NCBI GenBank assembly: GCA_024654535.1
Contig: JANLHL010000007.1
Location: 2,395-66,394, forward strand
DNA length: 64,000 nucleotides
From: Candidatus Roizmanbacteria bacterium
Lineage (GTDB): Bacteria > Patescibacteriota > Microgenomatia > UBA1406
Direction of reading: 5' to 3'
Shown piece by piece: positions 33,143 through 42,537 of the stretch. Positions within the stretch are counted from its first letter, which is position 1. Each line of letters opens with the position of its first letter. The translations under genes and the position numbers were made by a program. The notes below the pieces were generated by a model, which saw nothing but the letters and a program-made list of their open reading frames with translations, had not been told where the DNA came from and ran no database searches.

Positions 33143-34474
33143 ATGAAAGTAGCCATACTCGGAGCAGGGTTTGCAGGTCTTACCGCTGCAAATGAACTTA
33201 TAAAGCAGGGGCACGAGGTGCATATATTTGAAAAATCTGAACAAAGTGGCGGTGCTGCGGGAGGATTTAAGCGACCAGGTTGGGATTGGTATGTGGACTA
33301 TGCATATCATCACTGGTTTACGAGCGACCATGCCATACTAAACCTTTGTAAAGAAATAGGATTTACAAAAAATATGGTGCTCCACCCTATCACAGCAACG
33401 GCATACCCGATAGATGCAGAAACAATAAATCAAGATACCAACACCGAGCAACTCTTTGAAGAATTTATCGGAACAAATGTACGAAGCTATAAACTCGATA
33501 GTCCAATAGATCTTCTGAAATTCGATAGAATATCGCCAGTAGACAGGCTGCGCACCGGGATTATGCTCGCGCTGCTAAAATTCGGCCCGGCTCTAGACAC
33601 ATACCACACGACTGCGGCATATACATTCTTGAAACAATGGATGGGCACACGCTCATGGGAGGTTTTATGGGAACCTCTCTTTAAACATAAATTTGATAAG
33701 TATCAGAAAGATATCAACACTATGTTTTTTTGGGCACGGACAAAACGGACAGCGGCGCTCGCCTACCCAGAGGGAGGCTACCAAGAGCTCGCGAATCACT
33801 TCTCTGGACTGCTCCAACAACACGGAGTGAAATTCCACTATAAAAGTGAGATTCTAGAGCTTCGCAAAAGCTCAGATACAAAACCTCGATTTATTCTTAA
33901 AGGTTCCGAACTTTTAAGGTTCGGAACCTCGATGACCTTTGATGCGGTGGTGAGTACGCTCCCCTCACCTGTGTTGTTGAAAATAGAAAAAGATGTTTTG
34001 CCAGAAATGTATCACAAACAGCTAACAAAAATACAATACCTCGGTGCGCAGACCGTTATTTATGAAACAAAGAAACCAGTTTTGCCCCATACATACTGGC
34101 TCAGTATAGCGTTACCACAATCACCATGGATGGTAGCGGTGCAGCACACTAATTTTGTACATCCACGCTATTTCAACAACCATCACATTCTCTACATGGC
34201 AACCTATACAAATAAACCGCTCAGTGAGAATATATGGAAAAAGGAATGTCCTGATATCCTTTGGCAACGCTCAGTGTTTATCCCCTACGCACAGCCACTG
34301 TACACAACTGAGTATTATAAATACATGCCTCAAACAACGACACCAGTACCCGGGCTTTATATTGCTAATATGGAACGCACATACCCGTATGATCGAGGCA
34401 CAAACCATGCGGTTCGTGTGGGAAAGCAGGCAGCAGAAGCAGTGGAAAAAAACAGTGCCGAGGAGAGGACTTGA
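33143..34474 (+). CDS. NAD(P)/FAD-dependent oxidoreductase (amine oxidase / phytoene desaturase / protoporphyrinogen oxidase-like fold)
   Basis: N-terminal dinucleotide motif MKVAILGAGFAGLTAANEL...E.....GG. The ATG at 33143 is 7 nt after TATAAT (33130-33135). The upstream ORF part is translated repeat. Confidence 0.75.
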   Translation: MKVAILGAGFAGLTAANELIKQGHEVHIFEKSEQSGGAAGGFKRPGWDWYVDYAYHHWFTSDHAILNLCKEIGFTKNMVLHPITATAYPIDAETINQDTNTEQLFEEFIGTNVRSYKLDSPIDLLKFDRISPVDRLRTGIMLALLKFGPALDTYHTTAAYTFLKQWMGTRSWEVLWEPLFKHKFDKYQKDINTMFFWARTKRTAALAYPEGGYQELANHFSGLLQQHGVKFHYKSEILELRKSSDTKPRFILKGSELLRFGTSMTFDAVVSTLPSPVLLKIEKDVLPEMYHKQLTKIQYLGAQTVIYETKKPVLPHTYWLSIALPQSPWMVAVQHTNFVHPRYFNNHHILYMATYTNKPLSENIWKKECPDILWQRSVFIPYAQPLYTTEYYKYMPQTTTPVPGLYIANMERTYPYDRGTNHAVRVGKQAAEAVEKNSAEERT

Positions 34475-34539
34475 ACCTCCAATCCCTTGCGAGAACACGC
34501 TCCTGAAGCGTGCGCGTCTACCAATTCCGCCACCTCGGC
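34456..34539 (-). tRNA. tRNA-Leu (anticodon CAG), long variable arm, no encoded CCA
   Basis: The reverse complement is GCCGAGGTGGCGGAATTGGTAGACGCGCACGCTTCAGGAGCGTG...GGAGGTTCAAGTCCTCTCCTCGGCA. Anticodon loop TTCAGGA. Very similar to canonical bacterial tRNA-Leu(CAG). Confidence 0.9.
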
Positions 34540-34561
34540 TTTTAAGTTAGTATAGCATAGT

Positions 34562-34587
34562 GATTTTTGATATTGGATATTTGGGTT
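34562..34587. repeat. Short right-arm repeat fragment
   Basis: GATTTTTGATATTGGATATTTGGG, just upstream of the UbiA-family gene promoter. Confidence 0.7.
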
Positions 34588-34605
34588 TCTTGTTATACTT
34601 AACTT

Positions 34606-35529
34606 ATGCCAACAAAAAGCCGCCTCTGGTATTTATTCAAAGCCATGCGCCCAAACCAATGGGTGAAAAATTTTGTTGTGTACGTCGCAATTCTTTTTAA
34701 CGGACAGCTTTTCAATGGCCCACTCTTCCTAATTTCCACATACGCGTTCTTTATTTTCTGTGCAATCTCAAGTGCATCATACTTGCTAAACGATATTATT
34801 GATCTCCCGTACGATAAACTCCACCCAGTCAAAAAAAATAGACCACTTGCAAGTGGGAAAGTTACACTTGCCGATACTTCGTTTACTATGTTTTTGTTGG
34901 TACTCGTAGCCCTCGCCGGCGCTCTCACTCTTCGTATAGCGTTCGGAAGCATCATATTCATTTTTTTTCTCATACACGTTTTGTACTCAACAGTATTAAA
35001 AAAGCAAATTCTATTTGACATATTTGCCATTTCATTTTCGTTCATGTTACGGCTTTTTGGCGGAGAACTTATCACCGGTTACCATGTTCCTATTTGGCTC
35101 TGGCTTACTACATTTTTCTTCTCGCTTTTTATTGCCTCTGTGAAGCGGCACAGCGAATTTATTAATCAAGGATCAAAAACCAGACCGGTGTTAACAAAAT
35201 ATACGAATGAACTCCTCATGTTTTTGGTGAACGCATTTGCGGTACTCTCTATTTTTTCTTATTCATTTTATGCATTTGTCGAAAAACCACCGCACATTCG
35301 AACAAAACTCAGCTATATACTGGAACCAATATTCCGATCGGCCGACACACGTAAGTGGTTTATGTTGACCGTGCCTTTTGTGGTATTCGGTGTGGCTCGC
35401 TATGCTCAACTCCTCTATGAGCAGCGGAAGGGAGAAGCGCCAGAGAAACTAGTAACACAAGATAAAACGCTCATCGTAACCATTCTCTTGTGGGCATTGG
35501 TATTGGTTAGCTTAATCTACGTAATATAG
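34606..35529 (+). CDS. UbiA-family prenyltransferase, decaprenyl-phosphate phosphoribosyltransferase (DPPR synthase)-like
   Basis: N-terminal RPNQWVKNFVV. Asp-rich motif NDIIDLPYD (NDxxDxxxD) followed by KKNRPLASG. About 8 TM helices. The ATG is 6 nt after TGtTATACT (34591-34599). Confidence 0.7.
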   Translation: MPTKSRLWYLFKAMRPNQWVKNFVVYVAILFNGQLFNGPLFLISTYAFFIFCAISSASYLLNDIIDLPYDKLHPVKKNRPLASGKVTLADTSFTMFLLVLVALAGALTLRIAFGSIIFIFFLIHVLYSTVLKKQILFDIFAISFSFMLRLFGGELITGYHVPIWLWLTTFFFSLFIASVKRHSEFINQGSKTRPVLTKYTNELLMFLVNAFAVLSIFSYSFYAFVEKPPHIRTKLSYILEPIFRSADTRKWFMLTVPFVVFGVARYAQLLYEQRKGEAPEKLVTQDKTLIVTILLWALVLVSLIYVI

Positions 35530-35591
35530 CTCAATATAAATTTGACGTATGTGATAAATAGGACATATATGCCCATACAATTAATTATTGC

Positions 35592-38303
35592 ATGCACGAC
35601 GTGAACGAAACAAATACTGAACAAACTGACCAACCAGAAGAAGAAAAAAAGCAATCGCTCGGCAGCCTTTTAGCTGGGTTGGGTGCTGCAGGTATGGTTT
35701 ATATGCTTACCCGCGATAAACGCAGCGAAACTATCGATACATGGAAACAAGACTTCTTGAAAAATGCTCGCGAACAAAACCCTGAGCTTGAGCGCATTTA
35801 TACTACACGCACAGGATTTATGCGACGAGCTGTTTCAAAGAAAGCTCGCAATGACTTTTCTGCACAATTAAAAGAGCAAGCGCGTATTGAGCGTTTTACC
35901 GACAGTCTCTTTGAACGTACTGGCACCAATATACTACGAGGAGAAGTATCCGCTCCAGATATATTTACAATCCACCAGAATTTGGCAAAACTGCACCCTC
36001 AGGAAAGCGCTCTTATATCTGAGGACACTATCATACAAGCACAGAAAACGCTCGCACAAAAATACTCAGCAAGAATTGAACAGATAGAACAAAAGATGTC
36101 GCCAAAAGTGCTCGCTGAAAAAAAGAAAACAGAGCATGAAAGCGCACTCGAGCACTTCTTTGATGAAGTAAACGCACAAAAACCCAAGCTTGATCCAAAA
36201 AAAAGAGAACAAATGCTCTCTGTCATGAAGGATGCATTAGCTACGGGAACAATAGCAATTGACCCTCTCAGAACCGATCAGTTTGGCGAAGTAGTTCACG
36301 AAGCATACCAAAAAAAAGTAGGTATACAAACTCAGCTAACTGCAGAAGAATTGGAACACCTCTACACATTTACCGAGCGTTATAGAGAAGAAGTAGTGTT
36401 ACAGGAAAAAACAAAAAATCTGTTTACAAAAAAATCGCAACTTCCAACCCCAATCAAAGCACGAAATGCTGTGTTTCTAGGTTTCCAAGATGAGTTTTTT
36501 TCAAAGACTATGCAAGAGCCGGGATTCGCGCAACTACTCGATATAACGAAGAGTGAACACGAAACTCCACAAGAGTTCTCTACTCGGCTTGATACTGCCT
36601 CCCAAACACTTTCGCAACTGCGGGGATTTTCATATGAGGTAACTTCATTTCACGACAATCTTTTTCTACAACTTAATCAAACCCCAGGATTGAACCAAGC
36701 GCGAGTTGCAAACGCTAACTACATTACAGACCTACTCAAAAAGTATCCCTATTTGCAAAAAACCATCGAAGGAGCGCGCATATTTCAACTACAAATGAAG
36801 GCCGCACAACGCTATGAAGACGCATATAAAGACGCGCTTAACGACATTCCAAAACAAGCATTACCTCCTATCATTGCTTCCGAAGATGCACTCACTGCAA
36901 CCAGTAGGTTTGAGGCTTTGCTGAGAACGGGTAATCTAAGCGAAGAGGAAATACAAAAGCGAGTTCATAACTATCAAAAGACCGCACAACAAGTCATGGA
37001 AGAAAGATTAATAAACGGTGCCAAAACGCCTCTCTATGAGACTATATTCAACAGATATGCTCAACAGAACCCCAATGTTCTTCCAGAAGAACAAATAGCA
37101 CTTACCCGTCCGCAGGGACAAATGGATCAACTTTCAAATAGAGTATTCTTATTACCCGAACAAACAGAGGAACAGAAACACGGTAATACCGAACGAAAGT
37201 TAATCAAACAAGTTCTTTCTCAAGACCAATCAATTTCTCAGCTATCTCTACGTTCATACATGCGTAGTCTTTTTTCGTGGTTCAGAAAAGCAGCAGATAA
37301 ACTTTTTTCCGGCACTCTTCGCACCGGCTCGGAATTATTAGGTCGTACCTTTGCAAGGCCTGCACTATCCTCTGCTGGGTCAAGTGCAGGGAGAATGGCA
37401 AGCAATCAAGCCTTGAAACTGGCGGGGAAACTTGCAGCCAATATTCCTATTGTTCGCGTTGTTATTATCGCTACTGTAATCATTATTCTCGTAGTATTTC
37501 TAATGGTGGGTTTAGACACAAAAACGATGCTTGCAGCACAGCCATATGAAATGCAGCAAAATGCAGTGCTACAAGCGTCAACCACTACACCAGCCTCAGT
37601 CGTAACAACGATTCCGACTGCACAACCTGAGACTCCGTATGTGTCAGCACCGGAAAGTCTCTCTCAAATAGTAGAATTTGCATCTGAAAAAACACAAACA
37701 CCTGTACCACTACTCTTAGGCATCTCACATATAGAAGCATCAGGGACGTGGAATTATTCAAAAGATGAACTTGCACAGTACAATACGTACGGGTGGTGGA
37801 CAACTCCAGATATAACAGTAGCCCAAATAAAACGAGGATACGGATATGATACCTGCACTGGTTATATTCCCGCTGACAGCGTGCACGGTGGCGAACAAGC
37901 GGTAAAGATGAACGGAACTATTTGTGTAGATTATCCCGATGGAACAAAATCACAAGTTATGGGTGCGATGCAGTTTAATATACTTACGTGGAAGGGTTTT
38001 GCAGACAAAATAAAACAGGCTCTTTCGATTTCTCGTGAACCAGATAGACGAGTGTTGGCCGAAGCATTTATGGGTGCTGGATTCTTTGTGAAAGGAAGAA
38101 GCGGAGCGAGCTCTGCCACAAGTTGGACTATTATGGAAATAATCAAAGCATCAGCTGCATATCATACTGGTGGGACCAAGTGTTCCTACGCATATGGTAA
38201 ACATACCGGTAACTATTGTCGAGAAGTCTGTGTGATATATAATCAGTATAGTCAGCAGTACGGAGCAGAGCCAGTTGATTGTTCAATCACATTGCAATAC
38301 TAA
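35592..38303 (+). CDS. 903-aa membrane-anchored protein with possible C-terminal lytic transglycosylase-like domain (VirB1/PrgK-like role proposed)
   Basis: Long helical charged N-terminal region. TM helix VVIIATVIIILVVFLMVGL at about aa 620. The C-terminal domain has ISHIEASG and GAMQFNILTW, resembling the SLT catalytic Glu-Ser and (G)xMQ motifs but with unusually wide spacing. Confidence 0.4.
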   Translation: MHDVNETNTEQTDQPEEEKKQSLGSLLAGLGAAGMVYMLTRDKRSETIDTWKQDFLKNAREQNPELERIYTTRTGFMRRAVSKKARNDFSAQLKEQARIERFTDSLFERTGTNILRGEVSAPDIFTIHQNLAKLHPQESALISEDTIIQAQKTLAQKYSARIEQIEQKMSPKVLAEKKKTEHESALEHFFDEVNAQKPKLDPKKREQMLSVMKDALATGTIAIDPLRTDQFGEVVHEAYQKKVGIQTQLTAEELEHLYTFTERYREEVVLQEKTKNLFTKKSQLPTPIKARNAVFLGFQDEFFSKTMQEPGFAQLLDITKSEHETPQEFSTRLDTASQTLSQLRGFSYEVTSFHDNLFLQLNQTPGLNQARVANANYITDLLKKYPYLQKTIEGARIFQLQMKAAQRYEDAYKDALNDIPKQALPPIIASEDALTATSRFEALLRTGNLSEEEIQKRVHNYQKTAQQVMEERLINGAKTPLYETIFNRYAQQNPNVLPEEQIALTRPQGQMDQLSNRVFLLPEQTEEQKHGNTERKLIKQVLSQDQSISQLSLRSYMRSLFSWFRKAADKLFSGTLRTGSELLGRTFARPALSSAGSSAGRMASNQALKLAGKLAANIPIVRVVIIATVIIILVVFLMVGLDTKTMLAAQPYEMQQNAVLQASTTTPASVVTTIPTAQPETPYVSAPESLSQIVEFASEKTQTPVPLLLGISHIEASGTWNYSKDELAQYNTYGWWTTPDITVAQIKRGYGYDTCTGYIPADSVHGGEQAVKMNGTICVDYPDGTKSQVMGAMQFNILTWKGFADKIKQALSISREPDRRVLAEAFMGAGFFVKGRSGASSATSWTIMEIIKASAAYHTGGTKCSYAYGKHTGNYCREVCVIYNQYSQQYGAEPVDCSITLQY

Positions 38304-38305
38304 GA

Positions 38306-38468
38306 AATGTCAAATAACAAATACCCAATTACCAACAAAATCCCAAATCCTAATATCCAATGTCAAAGGAATGACAAAGTCCAAATGACAAAGACAGAAT
38401 TTGATTTCAAAAATTTGACATTTGAACTTGGGATTTCACTTGACATTTGTCATTTGAGATTGGGATTT
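38306..38468. repeat. Composite intergenic repeat, full degenerate copy
   Basis: AATGTCAAATAACAAATACCCAA...TAATATCCAATGTCAAAGG..ATGACAAAGTCCAAATGACAAAG...TTTGACATTTGAACTTGGGATTTC..GACATTTGTCATTTGAGATTGGGATTT. Confidence 0.85.
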
Positions 38469-38502
38469 ACTATTTATAAGTATCCGAGTTTACAATACTG
38501 TT

Positions 38503-38931
38503 ATGGTTTCTAAGACAAAGATAATACTCATAACGATAGTGTTGGGAATACTCCTCACTATCGTAGCTATAGTAAATAGATTGCCACGCAAAAATCCATC
38601 AATGCCAACACAGACGCCTTCTCCAACAACCGCATCTACTCCACAGCCCGGCGTACAAAAAAGTAATATCATCCCCATAACTCCACCAAAAAATACTCCT
38701 CAAATAGATACACTTCCACAAAAAACAGTATCCTCACTCATAACTGAACTTCCATACGAAACTGATAGTATGCTTATAGAATATTATCCGCATGATCAAG
38801 TAATCATGGCCACTATGAAAAAACCCGGTGAAGAAAATATAACCAAAGCAGTTCTCTGGCTCACCGAACAAGGAGTAGTAGACCCAGAACAAAATGCAAA
38901 GGTTATATTTAGCTACTGGAAGGGAGAATAA
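38503..38931 (+). CDS. Hypothetical membrane-anchored protein with P/T-rich linker
   Basis: N-terminal TM helix IILITIVLGILLTIVAIV. The ATG is 6 nt after TACAAT (38491-38496). Confidence 0.5.
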   Translation: MVSKTKIILITIVLGILLTIVAIVNRLPRKNPSMPTQTPSPTTASTPQPGVQKSNIIPITPPKNTPQIDTLPQKTVSSLITELPYETDSMLIEYYPHDQVIMATMKKPGEENITKAVLWLTEQGVVDPEQNAKVIFSYWKGE

Positions 38932-38954
38932 CCACTGTTGCATTGCACAACGGT

Positions 38955-39119
38955 GGAATATCCAAGTTCAAATATCCAATGTCAAAGCCGCCTGCCCGCT
39001 TCGACGCGAGGCGAGCCGGCGAGGCAGGTAAAGTGTCAATTCCCAATGATAAATGTCTGAATTGGAAATTGGAACTTTGACATTTGTTGGATATTGGTTA
39101 TTGGGTATTGGATATTTCC
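38955..39119. repeat. Composite intergenic repeat with second copy of the 41-nt GC-rich module
   Basis: GGAATATCCAAGTTCAAATATCCAATG, then the GC module at 38988-39028, then ...GGAACTTTGACATTTGTTGGATATTGGTTATTGGGTATTGGATATTTCC. Lies between two convergent genes. Confidence 0.9.
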
Positions 39120-41474
39120 TTACAGCCGTGCCCGTTGCGCTATCTCATAATCAACTACTTCGCTGGGCTTACCAAATTTAAGACGAGAGAGTTGGATAAT
39201 CGCCTCTGCAACTTTTTTATTGCGCCTCTTATCTTCTTTATCCATATCTTTCGTCATATCCACAGAAAAGGGAGCAACCGGTTCGTTATCAATGCTCGTT
39301 TTCATATACGCATGGAAACGCTCAATATTGATAAGGTCGTTCTCGTTGAAGATCGGTTGAAATTCATGCTGCAGATAATTTGCGTCCGTTACGCCCACAC
39401 GAAATGAAACGACACTTCCTACGTTACCAAATATAGCATTTTTCACCTCTTCTTCCATCTGACCTATGAACTGGTTTGCTACCGTCAAATTGAGCTTATA
39501 TTTACGAGCCTCAGACAGAATGGTGGCAAAGTCTGCTGTCGCAAAGTTCTGAAACTCATCGACATATAAGTAAAAATCTTTTCGCTTTTCTTCGGGCATA
39601 TCTGCCCTACTCATAGCGGCAGCGAGTATTTTCGGTATGAGCACCAACCCTAAGAAGCTCGAGTTCTCTTCTCCAAGCTTACCTTTTGAAAGGTTTATGA
39701 TGAGAATCTTTCCCTCGTCCATAACTTTTCTAAAATCAAATGAGCTTTTACTCTGGCCGATGATATTGCGAATCATTTTATTTGTCACAAAACGGCCGAA
39801 TTTTGAGGCGATATAATCGAGCACTTCCGACTTATGGAAATCAGATGTCTGGGCTATCTGATCTGTCCAGTAGCGGCGGATAATAGGGTCTTTCACCTTT
39901 GGCAAAAGCTGATTCACAAACTTAGGATCGGTTAATATTCTGTTTACTTCTATAAATGTATTTCCCTCTTCGCACATGACGGTAAGCATTGCATTTCTGA
40001 CTGCATGTTCAAAACGCGGACCCACGATACCAGTACGTTGCGGATCGTATAATTTATACATAAGATTTATAATGGCGCTTGCCATGAAATGCTTTTGCTC
40101 TTCTGTATTGGCTTCCATGATATTCAAACCCATAGGTCGTTCACTATCGGAAGGGTCAAAATAGATAACATCTTCTGCACGCTCCGGTGGAATGAGCTCC
40201 ATTATTGATTCTGCAGCGTCTCCGTGTGGGTCAATAAAACAAATACCCTTCCCTTTTTTAATATCTTGGCTAATCATAGAAATGAGCAGTTGAGTTTTCC
40301 CAACACCTGTTTTTCCGGCGATATAGACATGGCGTTGCCGATCTTTTGGCCCTATAAATACAGGAACGCGCACCCCTCTATATTTAGAAAAGCCAATAAA
40401 AACACCTGTTGAAGGCATGTTTGTTGGTGACGGTGCACGCTTGGCTTTGAGCCAGTTTATATGCGGTGTTTCAACCGTTTTATTGGGTAAGTGAAAAAAA
40501 GTAGCAAGCTCATCTGGCGTTAAAATCGAAATACAATGCCAGCGCCAAAAATCAACAAGTGGAAAAAAACGATAAATAAGATTGTACATAAAACCGGCCT
40601 TCAGCATTATCTTTGCACCACCGAGCGAATTCAAGTCTGAATTGTACTGGGAGAGTGAACTCTTTATGTTAGCTAAGTGCATCTTTGCAGCTTCAGAAGA
40701 GGTAGAGTTCACTACGATGCGAATGACTGTTGCAAAGCCTGGACGGGAACATTTATCGTCAATTTTCTCAAGCACCTTTTGATCGACTTTATACGTCGCT
40801 TTCTCAGGGTTGGTTTCCTGTTTTTTTGTATCTGATACATAGCTCTTTCCCTCACTTTTCCAGTGCTTCTCGGCTGGTTGAATGAGTATTTGCAAAATCG
40901 CACCTTCACCTTCTGAAAGCTTCGACATTGCAGATGTTATAGAGGCTATCGAATCATTGGGCATGTCTTTATACGTTTTTAGTGGGTAATACACCGTTTC
41001 TTTTTGTACCATCGCATCGAACGCAACATGACCGTTCTCGGTAAAAATATTGGGCTCATCAACGAGTGTGATGTCTGCATTTGGATAACTTGCGTACAGT
41101 TGTTTCTCAAGGAGATCTTTAAGCCGCACTGGTACATGAATATAAAATGAGATATCTCCCTCTTTTGCTACTATTTCAAATCCGAGCGTCTCTTCAAGAT
41201 CAAGAAACGACATCCATTTTTTCCCTTTTTTTATTGAATAGAGCGACGTAAAAAACTGCTCTGCTGCATCTATTTTTATTTCATTGTCTTTCGGCATACG
41301 CACGTGCAACGCTACAGTATCGAGTGCTATTTCCTCTCGTTTACCAATTTTGAATAAAAATATCGAGACTTTGAAGAGTACGATAGATAAAAACACAAAA
41401 ATAATAGTACCTATACCAAGTGATACATAAAGTTGAATACGAAATAATAACTCTGGAGTAATAAACGATTCCAT
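39120..41474 (-). CDS. VirD4/TraD-type coupling-protein-like P-loop ATPase, paralog 2, with N-terminal TM helix
   Basis: Walker A IAGKTGVGKTQ, Walker B FYLYVDEFQNFATADF, and ARKYKLNLTVANQFIGQ. Start MESFITPELL (41474) is 6 nt after TATACT (41481-41486). Confidence 0.7.
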   Translation of the reverse strand: MESFITPELLFRIQLYVSLGIGTIIFVFLSIVLFKVSIFLFKIGKREEIALDTVALHVRMPKDNEIKIDAAEQFFTSLYSIKKGKKWMSFLDLEETLGFEIVAKEGDISFYIHVPVRLKDLLEKQLYASYPNADITLVDEPNIFTENGHVAFDAMVQKETVYYPLKTYKDMPNDSIASITSAMSKLSEGEGAILQILIQPAEKHWKSEGKSYVSDTKKQETNPEKATYKVDQKVLEKIDDKCSRPGFATVIRIVVNSTSSEAAKMHLANIKSSLSQYNSDLNSLGGAKIMLKAGFMYNLIYRFFPLVDFWRWHCISILTPDELATFFHLPNKTVETPHINWLKAKRAPSPTNMPSTGVFIGFSKYRGVRVPVFIGPKDRQRHVYIAGKTGVGKTQLLISMISQDIKKGKGICFIDPHGDAAESIMELIPPERAEDVIYFDPSDSERPMGLNIMEANTEEQKHFMASAIINLMYKLYDPQRTGIVGPRFEHAVRNAMLTVMCEEGNTFIEVNRILTDPKFVNQLLPKVKDPIIRRYWTDQIAQTSDFHKSEVLDYIASKFGRFVTNKMIRNIIGQSKSSFDFRKVMDEGKILIINLSKGKLGEENSSFLGLVLIPKILAAAMSRADMPEEKRKDFYLYVDEFQNFATADFATILSEARKYKLNLTVANQFIGQMEEEVKNAIFGNVGSVVSFRVGVTDANYLQHEFQPIFNENDLINIERFHAYMKTSIDNEPVAPFSVDMTKDMDKEDKRRNKKVAEAIIQLSRLKFGKPSEVVDYEIAQRARL

Positions 41475-41531
41475 AAAAACAGTATACAGCATGTACACTG
41501 TTTAAAGCGAGTTCTATATGAGAAAAAGTGC

Positions 41532-41655
41532 GGGGAAATCCCAAGTTCAAATATCAAATATCAGAATTGGACATTTGAACTTTGACATTTGTTGGATATT
41601 TGTCATTGGATATTGGAATTTCAGTGGATATTGGGATTTGGATATTTGATATTCC
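41532..41655. repeat. Composite intergenic repeat, full copy
   Basis: GGGGAAATCCCAAGTTCAAATATCAAATATCAGAATTGGACATTTGAACTTTGACATTTGTTGGATATTTGTCATTGGATATTGG...GGATATTTGATATTCC. Confidence 0.9.
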
Positions 41656-41677
41656 ATGTACCCTACGTGGTACGTGG
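41654..41677 (-). terminator. Hairpin CCACGTACC-N6-GGTACATGG immediately after the stop of 41680-42534
   Basis: 9-bp stem with one G:U pair. It starts 2 nt after the TAG and is directly followed by the repeat element box AATATCAAATATCCAAAT. Confidence 0.45.
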
Positions 41678-41679
41678 CA

Positions 41680-42534
41680 CTACCAATTCTTTCCCGGGCC
41701 AAAGCTAACTCCTCCACCATTGAGTACTCCGTACAACATAGATGTTGGTGGGTATGTCCTGTTGGTAATGTAATATCTGAGCTGTCGTGTCACCGTATTT
41801 TTTAATTCTGGGATGGTTGCCGTTGAACTAATAATCTTTCCTTGTTCAGGTAAATTTTGGTCTCCCTCAAATGCAACAGAAACACCATCGCCATACAATA
41901 CCCAAGCCGAAATAAAGTCTGGCGTAGCAATATCACTAATCGTCGATAAATCAAACTGAAAGTCATACCACCCAGTTTTTCCGCAACTATTACCAACAGA
42001 CGCAGTTGCCGCATTTTCTATCTTGGGGCTTTGCGATAGGCTTGCGTTTGCCGCAAATGGGTACATAGCATACTGTCCACCGGTGGTGGTATAGTATACG
42101 TGGGCTAACATAGAAGCATCTGAACTGTCCCAACAGAGAGTAAGAGAAGTCCCAGCGTAAGTGGCAAGATCTACCATTATATTCTCCCCAGAGCTCGTCG
42201 TAACGTTCTGCGCAGCAAGATCAAAAATAGGACTACTACCAACAAGACTACTTGTGGTATTCACCGCTACACCGTCTAAAGAATATTGCTTGTTTGTATA
42301 GCTACCCTCTTTGAGCAACTTCAGCGCATCTTCCATCGCAGATTCTGCCGCATAATATGCTTTTTGGCTCTTTTCTTCTATCTTTGCTCTTCGCTGTTCA
42401 TACACCATTTGGGTAGCAACGGATGCACCAATAATAGCAAATATCGACATAAGCAGTGCCGCAATGATAACCACCTGCCCCCGCTGTTTCACATGTGAGT
42501 TGGATATTGGATATTGGATATTGGATATTTTCAT
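41680..42534 (-). CDS. Membrane-anchored secreted protein with TadE/pseudopilin-like N-terminal hydrophobic segment
   Basis: KQRGQVVIIAALLMSIFAIIGASVA resembles TadE/TadG-type N-termini. SD-like GGGAGA lies 9-10 nt upstream. The first 12 codons are encoded by TTGGATA repeats. Confidence 0.4.
   Translation of the reverse strand: MKISNIQYPISNSHVKQRGQVVIIAALLMSIFAIIGASVATQMVYEQRRAKIEEKSQKAYYAAESAMEDALKLLKEGSYTNKQYSLDGVAVNTTSSLVGSSPIFDLAAQNVTTSSGENIMVDLATYAGTSLTLCWDSSDASMLAHVYYTTTGGQYAMYPFAANASLSQSPKIENAATASVGNSCGKTGWYDFQFDLSTISDIATPDFISAWVLYGDGVSVAFEGDQNLPEQGKIISSTATIPELKNTVTRQLRYYITNRTYPPTSMLYGVLNGGGVSFGPGKNW
42500..42531. repeat. TTGGATA heptamer tract (4 copies) inside the first codons of gene 41680-42534
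   Basis: TTGGATATTGGATATTGGATATTGGATATTTT. Translated on the minus strand it gives MKISNIQYPISNS. Confidence 0.85.
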
Positions 42535-42537
42535 ATA

